From Acidimicrobiaceae bacterium (GTDB lineage: Bacteria; Actinomycetota; Acidimicrobiia; Acidimicrobiales; Ilumatobacteraceae): a stretch of DNA of 35,734 bases. Shown in pieces: positions 1 to 7,690 of this stretch. Location: the NCBI GenBank assembly GCA_031380045.1, contig JANNFQ010000670.1, positions 1-35,734 on the forward strand, read 5' to 3'. The position numbers and the translations under genes are program-made. Each line of letters begins with the position of its first letter. The first letter of the stretch is position 1. A model generated the notes under the pieces. The model made no database searches. It was not told the DNA's origin and saw only the letters and a list, made by a program, of their open reading frames with translations.

Positions 1-1697
1 TCGGGCGCGAAGAACATCAGCGAGTCGTTGGTCTCGTCCAGCACATAGATGGCGTTCGAGTCCCAGCCGGCCAACGAGAACTCGGCGTCGTCGGTCCACG
101 TGGCCGATGAGATCGGAACCGTCAATGACATATCACCGCCGGCAGCGGGCCGTTTCAGCAGCGAGGTGCCGTCGGGGCCGGCGATGATCGCCACGACCCA
201 CTCTTGTCGGTTTGACGTGGACGAGTCGTTCGCGTGGCCACCGACCTCGACCACGGCGAGGTCGATGATGGTGCCGACTGATGGGTCGAATTCCTCCAGC
301 ACCGTGGCCTGGCTGCCGTCGATGAAGCCGACGCTGATCGTGCCGAGCGCCTCCGAAACAACGTTTCCGCCCGCCATGAACGAGGGCAGGTGCCCGTAGC
401 CGACGAACTCCTTCCGGCCCGTCGACAGCTCGACTCGCGACAGCGCGCCGGGAATCGGCTCGCAGCATTCGCTGACCAGCGCCACGGCACCATCCGGCGA
501 CAGCGCAACCCCATCGATGCGGGTGACATCTCCCTCGGTCGGCAGTGGGTCGTCAGGGTCTCCGCCGTCGGCCAACACGGTCATCGTGCCGTCGGCCGTT
601 TCGATCAACACCGCGTCACCGTTGCCATCGATCGCGGCGATCGGGAACGCTGCGCTGGTCGCGGCCGGCTCACGCTCACAGCTCACCTCGCGGCCTCCGA
701 ACACCCAATCGGCGGATGACGAGCCCAGCGTGACTGTGCCACACGACTCGCCCCGAGGCACCAGATCGACGATCATGTCGAGACCATTCGGAAGACGCAC
801 GCGTCGCGCCAGCGACGACAACGGCGCAGCCTCGGCACCTGTGTCGACGAGGAGTTGCAGGGCGTACACACTCGTGTCGACCTGCCTCAGAATGCCCTCG
901 GCCAGCGGATGCCGTACGAGCTTTGGCACGTCGTTGCAACCGACGGATTCGCCATCGAGGTACGAACAGATTTGGAACTCACTTGCCTGCTCGACAGTCA
1001 TCCGTCGGTCGATGTCCAGGTAGGCCAGCCATTGCGTGGCGAAGGCAACTGCCTCGTCCAGTTCGAGACCTGGTCCGACGAAGTAGGTGCTCACGCATCC
1101 GGTCAAATCGTCGGCGATCGAGATGCCGATTCCGCCCAGCGGAGGGTCGCCCGTCGGCATGACGGCTGCGCGAAAGTCCCCTCGGGCCACCGCCTGCGGT
1201 CCGCTGGCGATGTCGAGGAGTCCAGTTCCGACTGCGAAGGTCTGGGTCACCTGATCAGCGTCGTCTACGCCCCACCGCACTCGGGTCGTTCCGTCGGCGT
1301 CGTTCGTCTGGACCGGTCGTCCGGCGGGCGACCCGTCGACCAGGTACACGGGAGGACTCTCGACCTTGCTGCACTCGAGCTCACCCGAGGCGACCGAAGT
1401 CGACGACTCGATTGCCGTCGACGGTGTCGTCGAGTCGATGATCAAATCGGTGGTGGACGGCACCGGATCGGTCCGCGACACGGCCGTCGGTGATGTGTCG
1501 ACGGTGGTGATGCGTCGATCGTCGTCGCCCAGCCTGGGGAGCACGACTGCGGCAACGATCAGCGCGATCACGGCGACTCCGCTGCCACCGAGCATCATCG
1601 CTCGACGGCGGCGGAGCACTTGGGCCCGCCCGCTGACCTTGGCCAGTGTGTCCAGCCCGGGCTTCGGCGGATCGGTGTCGTGCAGATCATCGAACAT
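1..1697 (-). CDS. Membrane-anchored extracytoplasmic protein, C-terminus beyond the window edge; possible ECF sigma partner (anti-sigma-like). Not in the supplied ORF track
   Basis: My own minus-strand translation from the ATG at 1697-1695 (MFDDLHDTDPPKPGLDTLAKVSGRAQVLRRRRAMMLGGSGVAVIALIVAAVVLPRLGDDDRR...) has no stop down to position 1, about 565 codons. There is one hydrophobic TM segment after an Arg cluster, followed by a Ser/Thr/Pro linker and DG-rich beta-propeller-like repeats. The start lies 2 nt after the sigma-factor stop (TGA-TC-ATG). The track probably omits it because no stop codon falls inside the window. Confidence 0.6.
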   Translation of the reverse strand, partial: MFDDLHDTDPPKPGLDTLAKVSGRAQVLRRRRAMMLGGSGVAVIALIVAAVVLPRLGDDDRRITTVDTSPTAVSRTDPVPSTTDLIIDSTTPSTAIESSTSVASGELECSKVESPPVYLVDGSPAGRPVQTNDADGTTRVRWGVDDADQVTQTFAVGTGLLDIASGPQAVARGDFRAAVMPTGDPPLGGIGISIADDLTGCVSTYFVGPGLELDEAVAFATQWLAYLDIDRRMTVEQASEFQICSYLDGESVGCNDVPKLVRHPLAEGILRQVDTSVYALQLLVDTGAEAAPLSSLARRVRLPNGLDMIVDLVPRGESCGTVTLGSSSADWVFGGREVSCEREPAATSAAFPIAAIDGNGDAVLIETADGTMTVLADGGDPDDPLPTEGDVTRIDGVALSPDGAVALVSECCEPIPGALSRVELSTGRKEFVGYGHLPSFMAGGNVVSEALGTISVGFIDGSQATVLEEFDPSVGTIIDLAVVEVGGHANDSSTSNRQEWVVAIIAGPDGTSLLKRPAAGGDMSLTVPISSATWTDDAEFSLAGWDSNAIYVLDETNDSLMFFAP

Positions 1698-1699
1698 GA

Positions 1700-2188
1700 T
1701 CAGTCCTCCCATGCCCATTGCGGTCCGAGCTGTGTTCGCAGACCGACGAGTCCGCGGGCCGTTGCGCTCTTGATCGTCCCGACGCTGCAACCCATGGCCG
1801 ACGCTGCGTCCGCCTCCGGAAGATCGGCGAGGTATCGCAACGCCACCGCCTCGCGCTGTCGCTTCGGTAGGGCCCGCAGCGCGACCACGAGATCGCGACG
1901 ACGGTCGCAGTGCGGGTCGACCGCCGCGCCCTCGATGAACGTCGATGTACGCGACTCGCGGCGAGCGCGATCGATGGCCAGGTTCGTCGACACTCGAGCG
2001 ACCCACGCGGGCGCGTAGTCCGCGACCGTTCGCCAACGAACCAGCGCACGGGCCAGCGCCTCTTGCGCGCAGTCCTGCGCGTCGGCGCGTCGACCGAGCA
2101 CGGCGAAGGCAGCGCGGTATGCCACCCGGTGCAACTCCTCGAAGCGGTCGACGTAGCCAACATCCACGTCGAGAGAACGTTCACTCAC
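1700..2188 (-). CDS. ECF-type RNA polymerase sigma-70 family factor
   Basis: 162-aa ORF with a GTG start. Region 2-like DCAQEALARALVRW and region 4 HTH LPKRQREAVALRYLADLPEADAASAMGCSVGTIKSATARGL. Confidence 0.9.
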   Translation of the reverse strand: MSERSLDVDVGYVDRFEELHRVAYRAAFAVLGRRADAQDCAQEALARALVRWRTVADYAPAWVARVSTNLAIDRARRESRTSTFIEGAAVDPHCDRRRDLVVALRALPKRQREAVALRYLADLPEADAASAMGCSVGTIKSATARGLVGLRTQLGPQWAWED

Positions 2189-2222
2189 CCCGAAAGGTTG
2201 CCTCAGATTCCGCTGGCGTCCG

Positions 2223-3284
2223 CTACACAGAGCCGGCGCCGGCTACACGCCCGGCGAGGTCGGGGACCAACGTGCCTTCGATGACCACGGGCGTGCCATC
2301 CAACGCCACCGTGCATCCGCGCATCGGCAGGTCGAAATGACCGGCGGTGAAACGGCCGGCGTTCTCGTTGGCGCCGGTGGAGTACAGGAAGTTGCCGGCG
2401 AAGGCACGGGCTTCGGTGCCCCACAATTCGCGAGTGTCGTACAGCGCCACCGACTCCCAACGCGCCGCCGGATTCATGCCCCACCCCACGTGGCTGGTGG
2501 CATACGACGCCTGATCGCCGAACGCGGCCAGGTAGCTGCGGAACAGTTGCGCGTCAACGCCCTTGCCGTTGATGTCGAGGATCTGATCGTCCACGATCGA
2601 CAGCGTCACTGGCGTCTCGATGTACCGGTTGAACGTCAGGTTCAGATCGCCAGGGGCCAACACCAGCCGGCCGGTCACCGAACCGCGCGCCGGAAACGCC
2701 AGCACCAAGCCGCCGGGCCAATGAGCGATCGAACCAGGCCCCGCCGTCAAGCCAGTGGACCCGGCCGTGACAGCGCCTGCCAGGCGGATGGTCAGCTCGG
2801 TCCCAGCGGCCGACGTCACTTCCATGAGCGACGCGGCGACGAGCCGGCCGTGACCCAACGACACGCGTCGCGGCAGATCGTCGTCCCACGTGATGCGGTC
2901 GAACGTGTCGGGATGCTCGTTCGAGATCATCAGAACACGTGCGCCGCCACTCAAGATCTGGCCGAGCTCGGGCGCATGCAACAAGCCTTCGACGGTGCAG
3001 TCGATCACCAGACCGGCACTGCTCAAGGCGGCGATGACCGACGGGTTGCCGGCGATCGCCTGAGACGCACCGGTCGAGCGGATCGGCACCGGATGCGTGC
3101 TGGGGGGTGTGGGCACGACCACGTCGAACACCCGCCCGCCCAACGACTGCGCGGCCAGACGTGCGGTGTCCACCAGCGCGGGTCGGCTCTGCGTCTCGCT
3201 GAGCACGGCCACCGTCTCGCCCTCGATCAACCCGCATCGCGTGAAGTGGTCGGTGAAGGCACGCACGTAGCGCCACTCGGTCAT
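2223..3284 (-). CDS. Aminopeptidase-T (M29) fold protein resembling 2,5-dihydroxypyridine 5,6-dioxygenase (NicX-like)
   Basis: Starts at the internal ATG at 3284 (MTEWRYVRAF...) of the 600-aa track ORF. ATGA overlap with the upstream hydrolase stop. SYATSHVGWGMNPAARW and GHFDLPMRGCTV match the remembered NicX His/His-x-Asp metal motifs. Confidence 0.7.
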   Translation of the reverse strand: MTEWRYVRAFTDHFTRCGLIEGETVAVLSETQSRPALVDTARLAAQSLGGRVFDVVVPTPPSTHPVPIRSTGASQAIAGNPSVIAALSSAGLVIDCTVEGLLHAPELGQILSGGARVLMISNEHPDTFDRITWDDDLPRRVSLGHGRLVAASLMEVTSAAGTELTIRLAGAVTAGSTGLTAGPGSIAHWPGGLVLAFPARGSVTGRLVLAPGDLNLTFNRYIETPVTLSIVDDQILDINGKGVDAQLFRSYLAAFGDQASYATSHVGWGMNPAARWESVALYDTRELWGTEARAFAGNFLYSTGANENAGRFTAGHFDLPMRGCTVALDGTPVVIEGTLVPDLAGRVAGAGSV

Positions 3285-4138
3285 GATGAGCTCCGATCGA
3301 GATCGACATCGAGATCGACATCGAGATCGACATCGGCGACGGCGCGGGCGATGTGGTCGCGGATGGCACCGTTCACAGCATCGGGCGCCTCGACGTTCAA
3401 CAGGTGGCCCGCCCCTTCGATCAACGACAGTCGCGCGCCTGGAATCAGGTCGGCCACCGCCATTGCATATGCCGGCGGCGTCTCGTGGTCCAGGTCGCCC
3501 ACCAGACACAGAGTCGGCGCGACGATCGTCGGCAGGATGGAGCTGCTGTCGTGCGTGATCAGACAGTCGATCGAACGCCGCAGCGCTGCCGCCGAGACGC
3601 GCGACATCGCCTCCACCTGGCCGGTCATGGCCGCGGTCGTGATGTTCGGTCCGGCCAGCATCGCCAGCACGCGTTCGGCGATGTCGGCTGGTTCCAGGCC
3701 CTGGTCGAACGGCGCCAATCGGGCCGCGCGCCAGTCGTCGGGCCGAGTGCCATCCAGGCCGAACTTGGGCGAGGTGGCCAGCAACGTCAATGAAGCGACG
3801 ACCGACGGATGCTGCGCGGCTGCGTACTGCGCAATCATGCTGCCGAACGAGATGCCCACCAGGTGCACCGTCGGTTCGCACAGCACCGTCACCAGATCGG
3901 CCACGGCGTCGGCCAGCGCGGTGAACGTCGTCGGGCCCTCGAGCGCCTTCGACTCGCCGTAGCCGGGCAGGTCCCAGGCGATCACCCGGTGCCGCGCCGA
4001 CAGCCCGACCAATTGCGGCTCCCACGACATCCGGCTACCGCCCAGTCCATGCAGCAGCACGATCGTCTCGGCATGGCCGGCCGGGCTGGCCTCGCGCCAC
4101 GCGAACTGGCCCCAAGTGACGTCGCGGATCTGGGTCAT
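3281..4138 (-). CDS. Alpha/beta-fold hydrolase (NicD-like by context), with a C-terminal VDLD repeat tail
   Basis: HGLGGS oxyanion motif, GISFGS nucleophile elbow, and late Asp (GDLDHE) and His (GAGHLLN). The stop overlaps the next start (ATGA). Confidence 0.85.
   Translation of the reverse strand: MTQIRDVTWGQFAWREASPAGHAETIVLLHGLGGSRMSWEPQLVGLSARHRVIAWDLPGYGESKALEGPTTFTALADAVADLVTVLCEPTVHLVGISFGSMIAQYAAAQHPSVVASLTLLATSPKFGLDGTRPDDWRAARLAPFDQGLEPADIAERVLAMLAGPNITTAAMTGQVEAMSRVSAAALRRSIDCLITHDSSSILPTIVAPTLCLVGDLDHETPPAYAMAVADLIPGARLSLIEGAGHLLNVEAPDAVNGAIRDHIARAVADVDLDVDLDVDLDRSSS
3296..3331. repeat. Perfect 12-nt tandem repeat x3 (atcgagatcgac), in-frame in the hydrolase 3' end
   Basis: Read directly. 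It encodes VDLDVDLDVDLD just before the stop. A partial fourth unit runs to about 3340. Confidence 0.9.
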
Positions 4139-4146
4139 CGTGTCGC

Positions 4147-4174
4147 ATCGTACTCACACTGCCGATCGTGTCAA
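4147..4174 (-). promoter_or_regulatory. Candidate promoter for the hydrolase operon: TTGACA-N16-TACGAT, 8 nt before the ATG at 4138
   Basis: Minus-strand reading. The -35 lies at 4174-4169 inside the palindrome and the -10 at 4152-4147. This implies a near-leaderless mRNA. Confidence 0.4.
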
Positions 4175-4200
4175 CACTGTTGACAACGCTGTTGACAACG
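4169..4200. promoter_or_regulatory. Operator array with three copies of TGTTGACA (one inverted, two direct); probable TetR binding site
   Basis: GTCAACAcTGTTGAC is a perfect palindrome at 4170-4184. CTGTTGACAACG is a perfect tandem repeat at 4177-4188 and 4189-4200. The array lies in the 84-bp divergent gap, and a TetR gene is encoded in the plus-strand operon. Confidence 0.55.
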
Positions 4201-4220
4201 GACTGGCGCGCCGACAGAAT
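4192..4220 (+). promoter_or_regulatory. Candidate promoter for the ACAD-TetR operon: TTGACA-N17-CAGAAT
   Basis: The -35 lies at 4192-4197 inside the third TGTTGACA copy and the -10 at 4215-4220. ATG codons sit at 4223 and 4229, so the mRNA may be leaderless from 4229. Confidence 0.4.
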
Positions 4221-4222
4221 CG

Positions 4223-5428
4223 ATGCCGATGGACGATCTCGCTCGCGCCGACTCCCCCGCCTTCCGTGACCACGTCGTCGGCCTCGTTCGATCGTTGGGT
4301 CCAGCGATCCGCGAGCGGGCAGTCGTGCACGACCGCGAGGCCAGCTTTCCGTTCGACAACTTCGCCGACTTCCGCGACGCCGGCCTGCTGGCCGTATGCG
4401 TGCCACGAGAACACGGGGGGCTGGGCGCCACCTACGCCGACTACGTGAGGGTCAGCGAAGAGGTCGGCAGGTACTGCGGCGCGACAGCGCTGACGTTCAA
4501 CATGCACAACGCCACCATGCTGTGGTGTGGCGAGGTCGCCGACCTGTTGGACCTGTCCCCCGCCGATCGCGAACGACACCACCAGATCCGGACGGCGATG
4601 TTCGCCGGAGTGGTCGAACGTGGCCAGATCCACAGCCAGCCGTTCTCGGAGGGACTGGCCCCCGGCGCCACCAGCGGGGTCGCCACCAAGGCCGCTCCAG
4701 TCGCAGGCGGGTGGCGTGTCACCGGCCGCAAGATCTTCGCCTCGCTCAGCGGCGCAGCCACGTTCTACAACGTGACGTGCCAGGAACCCGACTCGCCAGA
4801 GATTCTGTTGCTCGGCGTGCCCGCCGATGCCGATGGCGTGCAGATCGTGGACGACTGGGATCCACTGGGCATGCGCGGCACGGTCTCGCGCACGCTGCTG
4901 ATGCACGACGTGTTCGTGCCGGCGACGAACGAGTGGATGCCGCAGGGCGCCTACAACCAGGCCGCGTTGCGCTATCCGTGGCTGTTCCTGTCGCTGTGCC
5001 CCAGCTACCTGGGTCTGACCGGCGGCATCCTGGACACCACTGCGGCGTACCTGCGCGGCGAGCTGCCCGGGCAGACCTCTGGCGCACGGCGCGACCACCC
5101 GATCAAGCAGCACGGCTGGGCCGAGATGCAACTGCGGCACGAACAGTCGCGGGCGCTGCTGTACCGGGCCATCGACACCGCCCACATCGACCCCACCGTG
5201 CGCGACCTGGTCACCGGATGGGCCGCGGCAACGACGGTCATGGAGCACGCGGCCGAAGTGGCGTCGATGGCGATACGCGTCTGCGGCGGCCAGTCGATGA
5301 TGAAGTCGTTGCCCCTGGAACGCATGTATCGCGACGCTCGACTGGGCAGCACGATGCTGCCGTGGAGCGCCGAAGTGTGCCTGGAACGGCTGGGCCGAGC
5401 ACGGCTCTACGACGAGGCTGGATCGTGA
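4223..5428 (+). CDS. Acyl-CoA dehydrogenase family protein
   Basis: 401 aa with ACAD-like N-terminal helical, middle beta and C-terminal helical layout (GGLGATYADY..., DWDPLGMRGTVS...). The start may instead be the ATG at 4229. Confidence 0.8.
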   Translation: MPMDDLARADSPAFRDHVVGLVRSLGPAIRERAVVHDREASFPFDNFADFRDAGLLAVCVPREHGGLGATYADYVRVSEEVGRYCGATALTFNMHNATMLWCGEVADLLDLSPADRERHHQIRTAMFAGVVERGQIHSQPFSEGLAPGATSGVATKAAPVAGGWRVTGRKIFASLSGAATFYNVTCQEPDSPEILLLGVPADADGVQIVDDWDPLGMRGTVSRTLLMHDVFVPATNEWMPQGAYNQAALRYPWLFLSLCPSYLGLTGGILDTTAAYLRGELPGQTSGARRDHPIKQHGWAEMQLRHEQSRALLYRAIDTAHIDPTVRDLVTGWAAATTVMEHAAEVASMAIRVCGGQSMMKSLPLERMYRDARLGSTMLPWSAEVCLERLGRARLYDEAGS

Positions 5429-6072
5429 CAACCCGGCGCGTGCCGCTGACGCGCGATGCGATCGTCGACGCGGCGATCCACCTGCTCGACCAATCGGGCA
5501 GCGATCGGATGACCATGCGCAACCTGGGCCGGGAGCTGGGCGTGGATGCCACGGCCTGCTATCGACACTTTCGGGACAAGCCCGACCTGATGCGTGCAGT
5601 CGGTGATCGCCTGCTGTCGGGGGTCACGAGCGATCTGCAGCCCGAAGCAGACTGGCGAGCGACCGTCCTGATCGTCTGCCAGCAGCTGCGCGCTGCGCTG
5701 CTCCGCCAACCTCGACTTGCGGTGGCCATGCGCGACGCGCCGCCACTTGCCGCTGGCGAGTTCGCGATCACCGAATCGCTGCTGGCCCAGTTCCTGCGTG
5801 CCGGGCTGGATGCGCGTCACGCTGCGCTCGCTTATCACAGCGTCATCGAATTGACCGTCGGGTCCGCCACCATCGACGCGTCGGTCGACGCGTTGGACGA
5901 TGTCGGGCGCCAGCGCATGTACGACGGCTGGCGCCAGACGTACGCGACCTTGCCGATCGACGAGTTCCCGGCGTCGCGCGCCGTCGCCCTCGAGTTGTAT
6001 CGAGGTACGGCCGACGACCGGTTTGCAGTGGCCCTCGAGCAGTTGCTCGACGGCATCGCCGCTCGAGGCTGA
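5425..6072 (+). CDS. TetR family transcriptional regulator
   Basis: GTG at 5425 overlaps the ACAD stop (GTGA). N-terminal HTH: TRDAIVDAAIHLLDQSGSDRMTMRNLGRELGVDATACYRHFRDKPDL. It forms the in-frame C-terminal part of the 558-aa track ORF. Confidence 0.88.
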   Translation: MTTRRVPLTRDAIVDAAIHLLDQSGSDRMTMRNLGRELGVDATACYRHFRDKPDLMRAVGDRLLSGVTSDLQPEADWRATVLIVCQQLRAALLRQPRLAVAMRDAPPLAAGEFAITESLLAQFLRAGLDARHAALAYHSVIELTVGSATIDASVDALDDVGRQRMYDGWRQTYATLPIDEFPASRAVALELYRGTADDRFAVALEQLLDGIAARG

Positions 6073-6088
6073 CAGCACAGGGTCGGGG

Positions 6089-6094
6089 CATACT
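6089..6094 (+). promoter_or_regulatory. Candidate -10 (CATACT) 7 nt upstream of the ATG at 6102
   Basis: Only 29 nt separate the TetR stop from this start. The hexamer position fits a leaderless start. Confidence 0.25.
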
Positions 6095-6101
6095 GGCTGA
6101 C

Positions 6102-7187
6102 ATGTTGTCGTTTCCCCCTCCCCCGGCGTGTGCCTTTGCCAGCGACAACGCTGCCGGCGCGCATCCGCGGGTCATCGACGCGATCGTCCAGGCCAACACC
6201 GGCCATGCACTGGCGTACGGCGCTGACGACTGGACCGCCGAGACCGAAGCACGTTTTCGCGACCTGTTCGGCCAGCATGCCCACTCGTTGCTGGTCTGGA
6301 ACGGCACCGGCGCGAACGTGATGGGCCTGGCCGCGATGATCCAGCCGGCCGACACGATCGTGTGCAGCAACTGGGCCCACATCGCCGTCGACGAGACGGG
6401 CGCGCCTGAACGCATCCTGGGCTCGAAGTTGACACAGTTGTCAACTGACGATGGCAAGCTGGTTCCGCAGCAGCTCGCCGAGCTCGAGCACCTGATCGGC
6501 GTGCAACACCACGCCCAGCCCGGGGTGCTGTCGATCACACAGAGCACCGAACTGGGCACCGTGTACACCGCCGACGAGATCGCGGCACTCTGCGACACGG
6601 CACACCGAATGGGCATGACCGTGCACCTCGACGGCGCGCGCATCGCCAACGCCACGGCGGCGCTGGGCGGCACCGTTCAGGCGTTGCGCAGCTTCACCGT
6701 GGACGCCGGTGTCGACGTGATCAGCTTCGGCGGCACCAAGGCCGGCCTGGCTTTCGGCGAGGCGGTGATCTTCCTGAACCCAGCCCTCGCCCGCCGGGCC
6801 ATGTTCATTCGCAAGCAGGTCACGCAGTTGCCCTCGAAGATGCGGTTCGTCGCAGCACAATTCAACGCCCTGCTGCACGACGACCTGTGGATCACGCTGG
6901 CGCAGCACTCGAACGAGATGAGCACCCGCCTGTACCAGGCCACCGCGCAGTTCCGCGGCCTGCACTACGACGCCGCCCCGCAAGTGAACAGCGTGTTCCC
7001 AGTCCTGCCAGCCCAGCTCATCAAGCCGTTGCAGGACTGGTGCTTCTTCTGGGATTGGAACACGGCCCGCAGCCAGGTGCGATGGATGACTGCGTGGGAC
7101 ACGACCGGCGACGACGTCGACCGTTTCGCTGCCGGAGTGGCCGTTGCGCTGGGCGAACACGCACAGCCCGGTGAGGCCGCAATTTGA
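6102..7187 (+). CDS. Low-specificity L-threonine aldolase family (PLP-dependent, beta-eliminating lyase fold)
   Basis: FASDNAAGAHP..., NGTGAN, HLDGARI and FGGTKAG (PLP lysine). Close to the remembered Pseudomonas-type threonine aldolase. Confidence 0.8.
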   Translation: MLSFPPPPACAFASDNAAGAHPRVIDAIVQANTGHALAYGADDWTAETEARFRDLFGQHAHSLLVWNGTGANVMGLAAMIQPADTIVCSNWAHIAVDETGAPERILGSKLTQLSTDDGKLVPQQLAELEHLIGVQHHAQPGVLSITQSTELGTVYTADEIAALCDTAHRMGMTVHLDGARIANATAALGGTVQALRSFTVDAGVDVISFGGTKAGLAFGEAVIFLNPALARRAMFIRKQVTQLPSKMRFVAAQFNALLHDDLWITLAQHSNEMSTRLYQATAQFRGLHYDAAPQVNSVFPVLPAQLIKPLQDWCFFWDWNTARSQVRWMTAWDTTGDDVDRFAAGVAVALGEHAQPGEAAI

Positions 7188-7198
7188 TTGCTCACTAC

Positions 7199-7218
7199 AA
7201 TTGACTCGCGAGTCAATT
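7199..7218. promoter_or_regulatory. Perfect 20-bp AT-rich palindrome AATTGACTCGCGAGTCAATT
   Basis: Read directly. It begins 12 nt after the aldolase stop and overlaps the predicted whiB -35. It could be an operator, a weak terminator hairpin, or both. Confidence 0.6.
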
Positions 7219-7229
7219 CCTTCTATGGT
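7201..7229 (+). promoter_or_regulatory. Candidate whiB promoter TTGACT-N17-TATGGT
   Basis: The hexamers and 17-nt spacer were counted directly. This would give a leader of roughly 110 nt before the ATG at 7349. Confidence 0.45.
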
Positions 7230-7348
7230 GATTCAGAGCCGCTGCTGATGGATCGTCCGGTGCCCGTGCGGTACTGGTCGAGTCTCTGAGGGGAGCATCG
7301 GGGGCTGGTTCGGCAGTCATGTTCGACAGTCACGGACAAGGGGGTTCC

Positions 7349-7654
7349 ATGGCCGCGGTAGAGACGCTCTTCCATCGCCAACTGACCGACGATCGCTGGA
7401 TGGATACGGCCGCATGCAAAGGCTTGACCCATCTGTTCTTCCCCTCACCGGCAGAACGGCCGCAGGCCAGGGAGCGACGAGAGGCCATGGCCAAGGCGGT
7501 GTGCGTGTCGTGCACGGTCAAATCCAGTTGCCGCGAGTTCGCCCGCACCAACCACGAGTACGGGTTCTGGGGCGGCGAGAGCGAGGACGAGCGCCACGAG
7601 GCGGGCTTCCGCTTGATCGCGCCCATTGGTGTGCGCGCTCGCGACGCCGTCTGA
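7349..7654 (+). CDS. WhiB-family (Wbl) Fe-S transcriptional regulator
   Basis: Four Cys residues (C-x-C-x2-C-x5-C pattern: AACKG...VCVSCTVKSSC) and GFWGGESEDER. I prefer the ATG at 7349 because AAGGGGG lies 4 nt upstream. The track start at 7319 has no such SD. Confidence 0.88.
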   Translation: MAAVETLFHRQLTDDRWMDTAACKGLTHLFFPSPAERPQARERREAMAKAVCVSCTVKSSCREFARTNHEYGFWGGESEDERHEAGFRLIAPIGVRARDAV

Positions 7655-7677
7655 CGCGCGTCTCACCGGCGCCCCTC

Positions 7678-7683
7678 TACGCT
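7678..7683 (+). promoter_or_regulatory. Candidate -10 (TACGCT) 7 nt upstream of the ATG at 7691
   Basis: TANNNT hexamer at leaderless spacing. It lies 24 nt after the whiB stop. Confidence 0.25.
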
Positions 7684-7690
7684 CGGCCTC

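Noticed and set aside
2337-3962. 541-aa plus-strand ORF antisense to the NicX-like and hydrolase genes
   Set aside because: Its Arg/Ala/Gly-rich composition is typical of shadow ORFs in high-GC DNA. The opposite strand encodes two proteins with clear family motifs and an ATGA junction.
2223-4025. Long N-terminal extensions of track ORFs: 2223..4025, 4396..6072, 24206..26101, 10534..11688, 11400..13094, 29874..31010, 32082..32933 and 16427..18235
   Set aside because: In each case the extension overlaps the neighbouring gene, is low-complexity, and an internal start coincides with a start-stop overlap or the family N-terminus. I used the shorter models.
7248-7289. The leader uORF taken as a whiB7-type antibiotic-responsive attenuator
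   Set aside because: The encoded Wbl lacks the C-terminal AT-hook characteristic of WhiB7, and I could not identify a convincing terminator/antiterminator pair by eye. I kept it only as a low-confidence note inside the whiB-leader finding.
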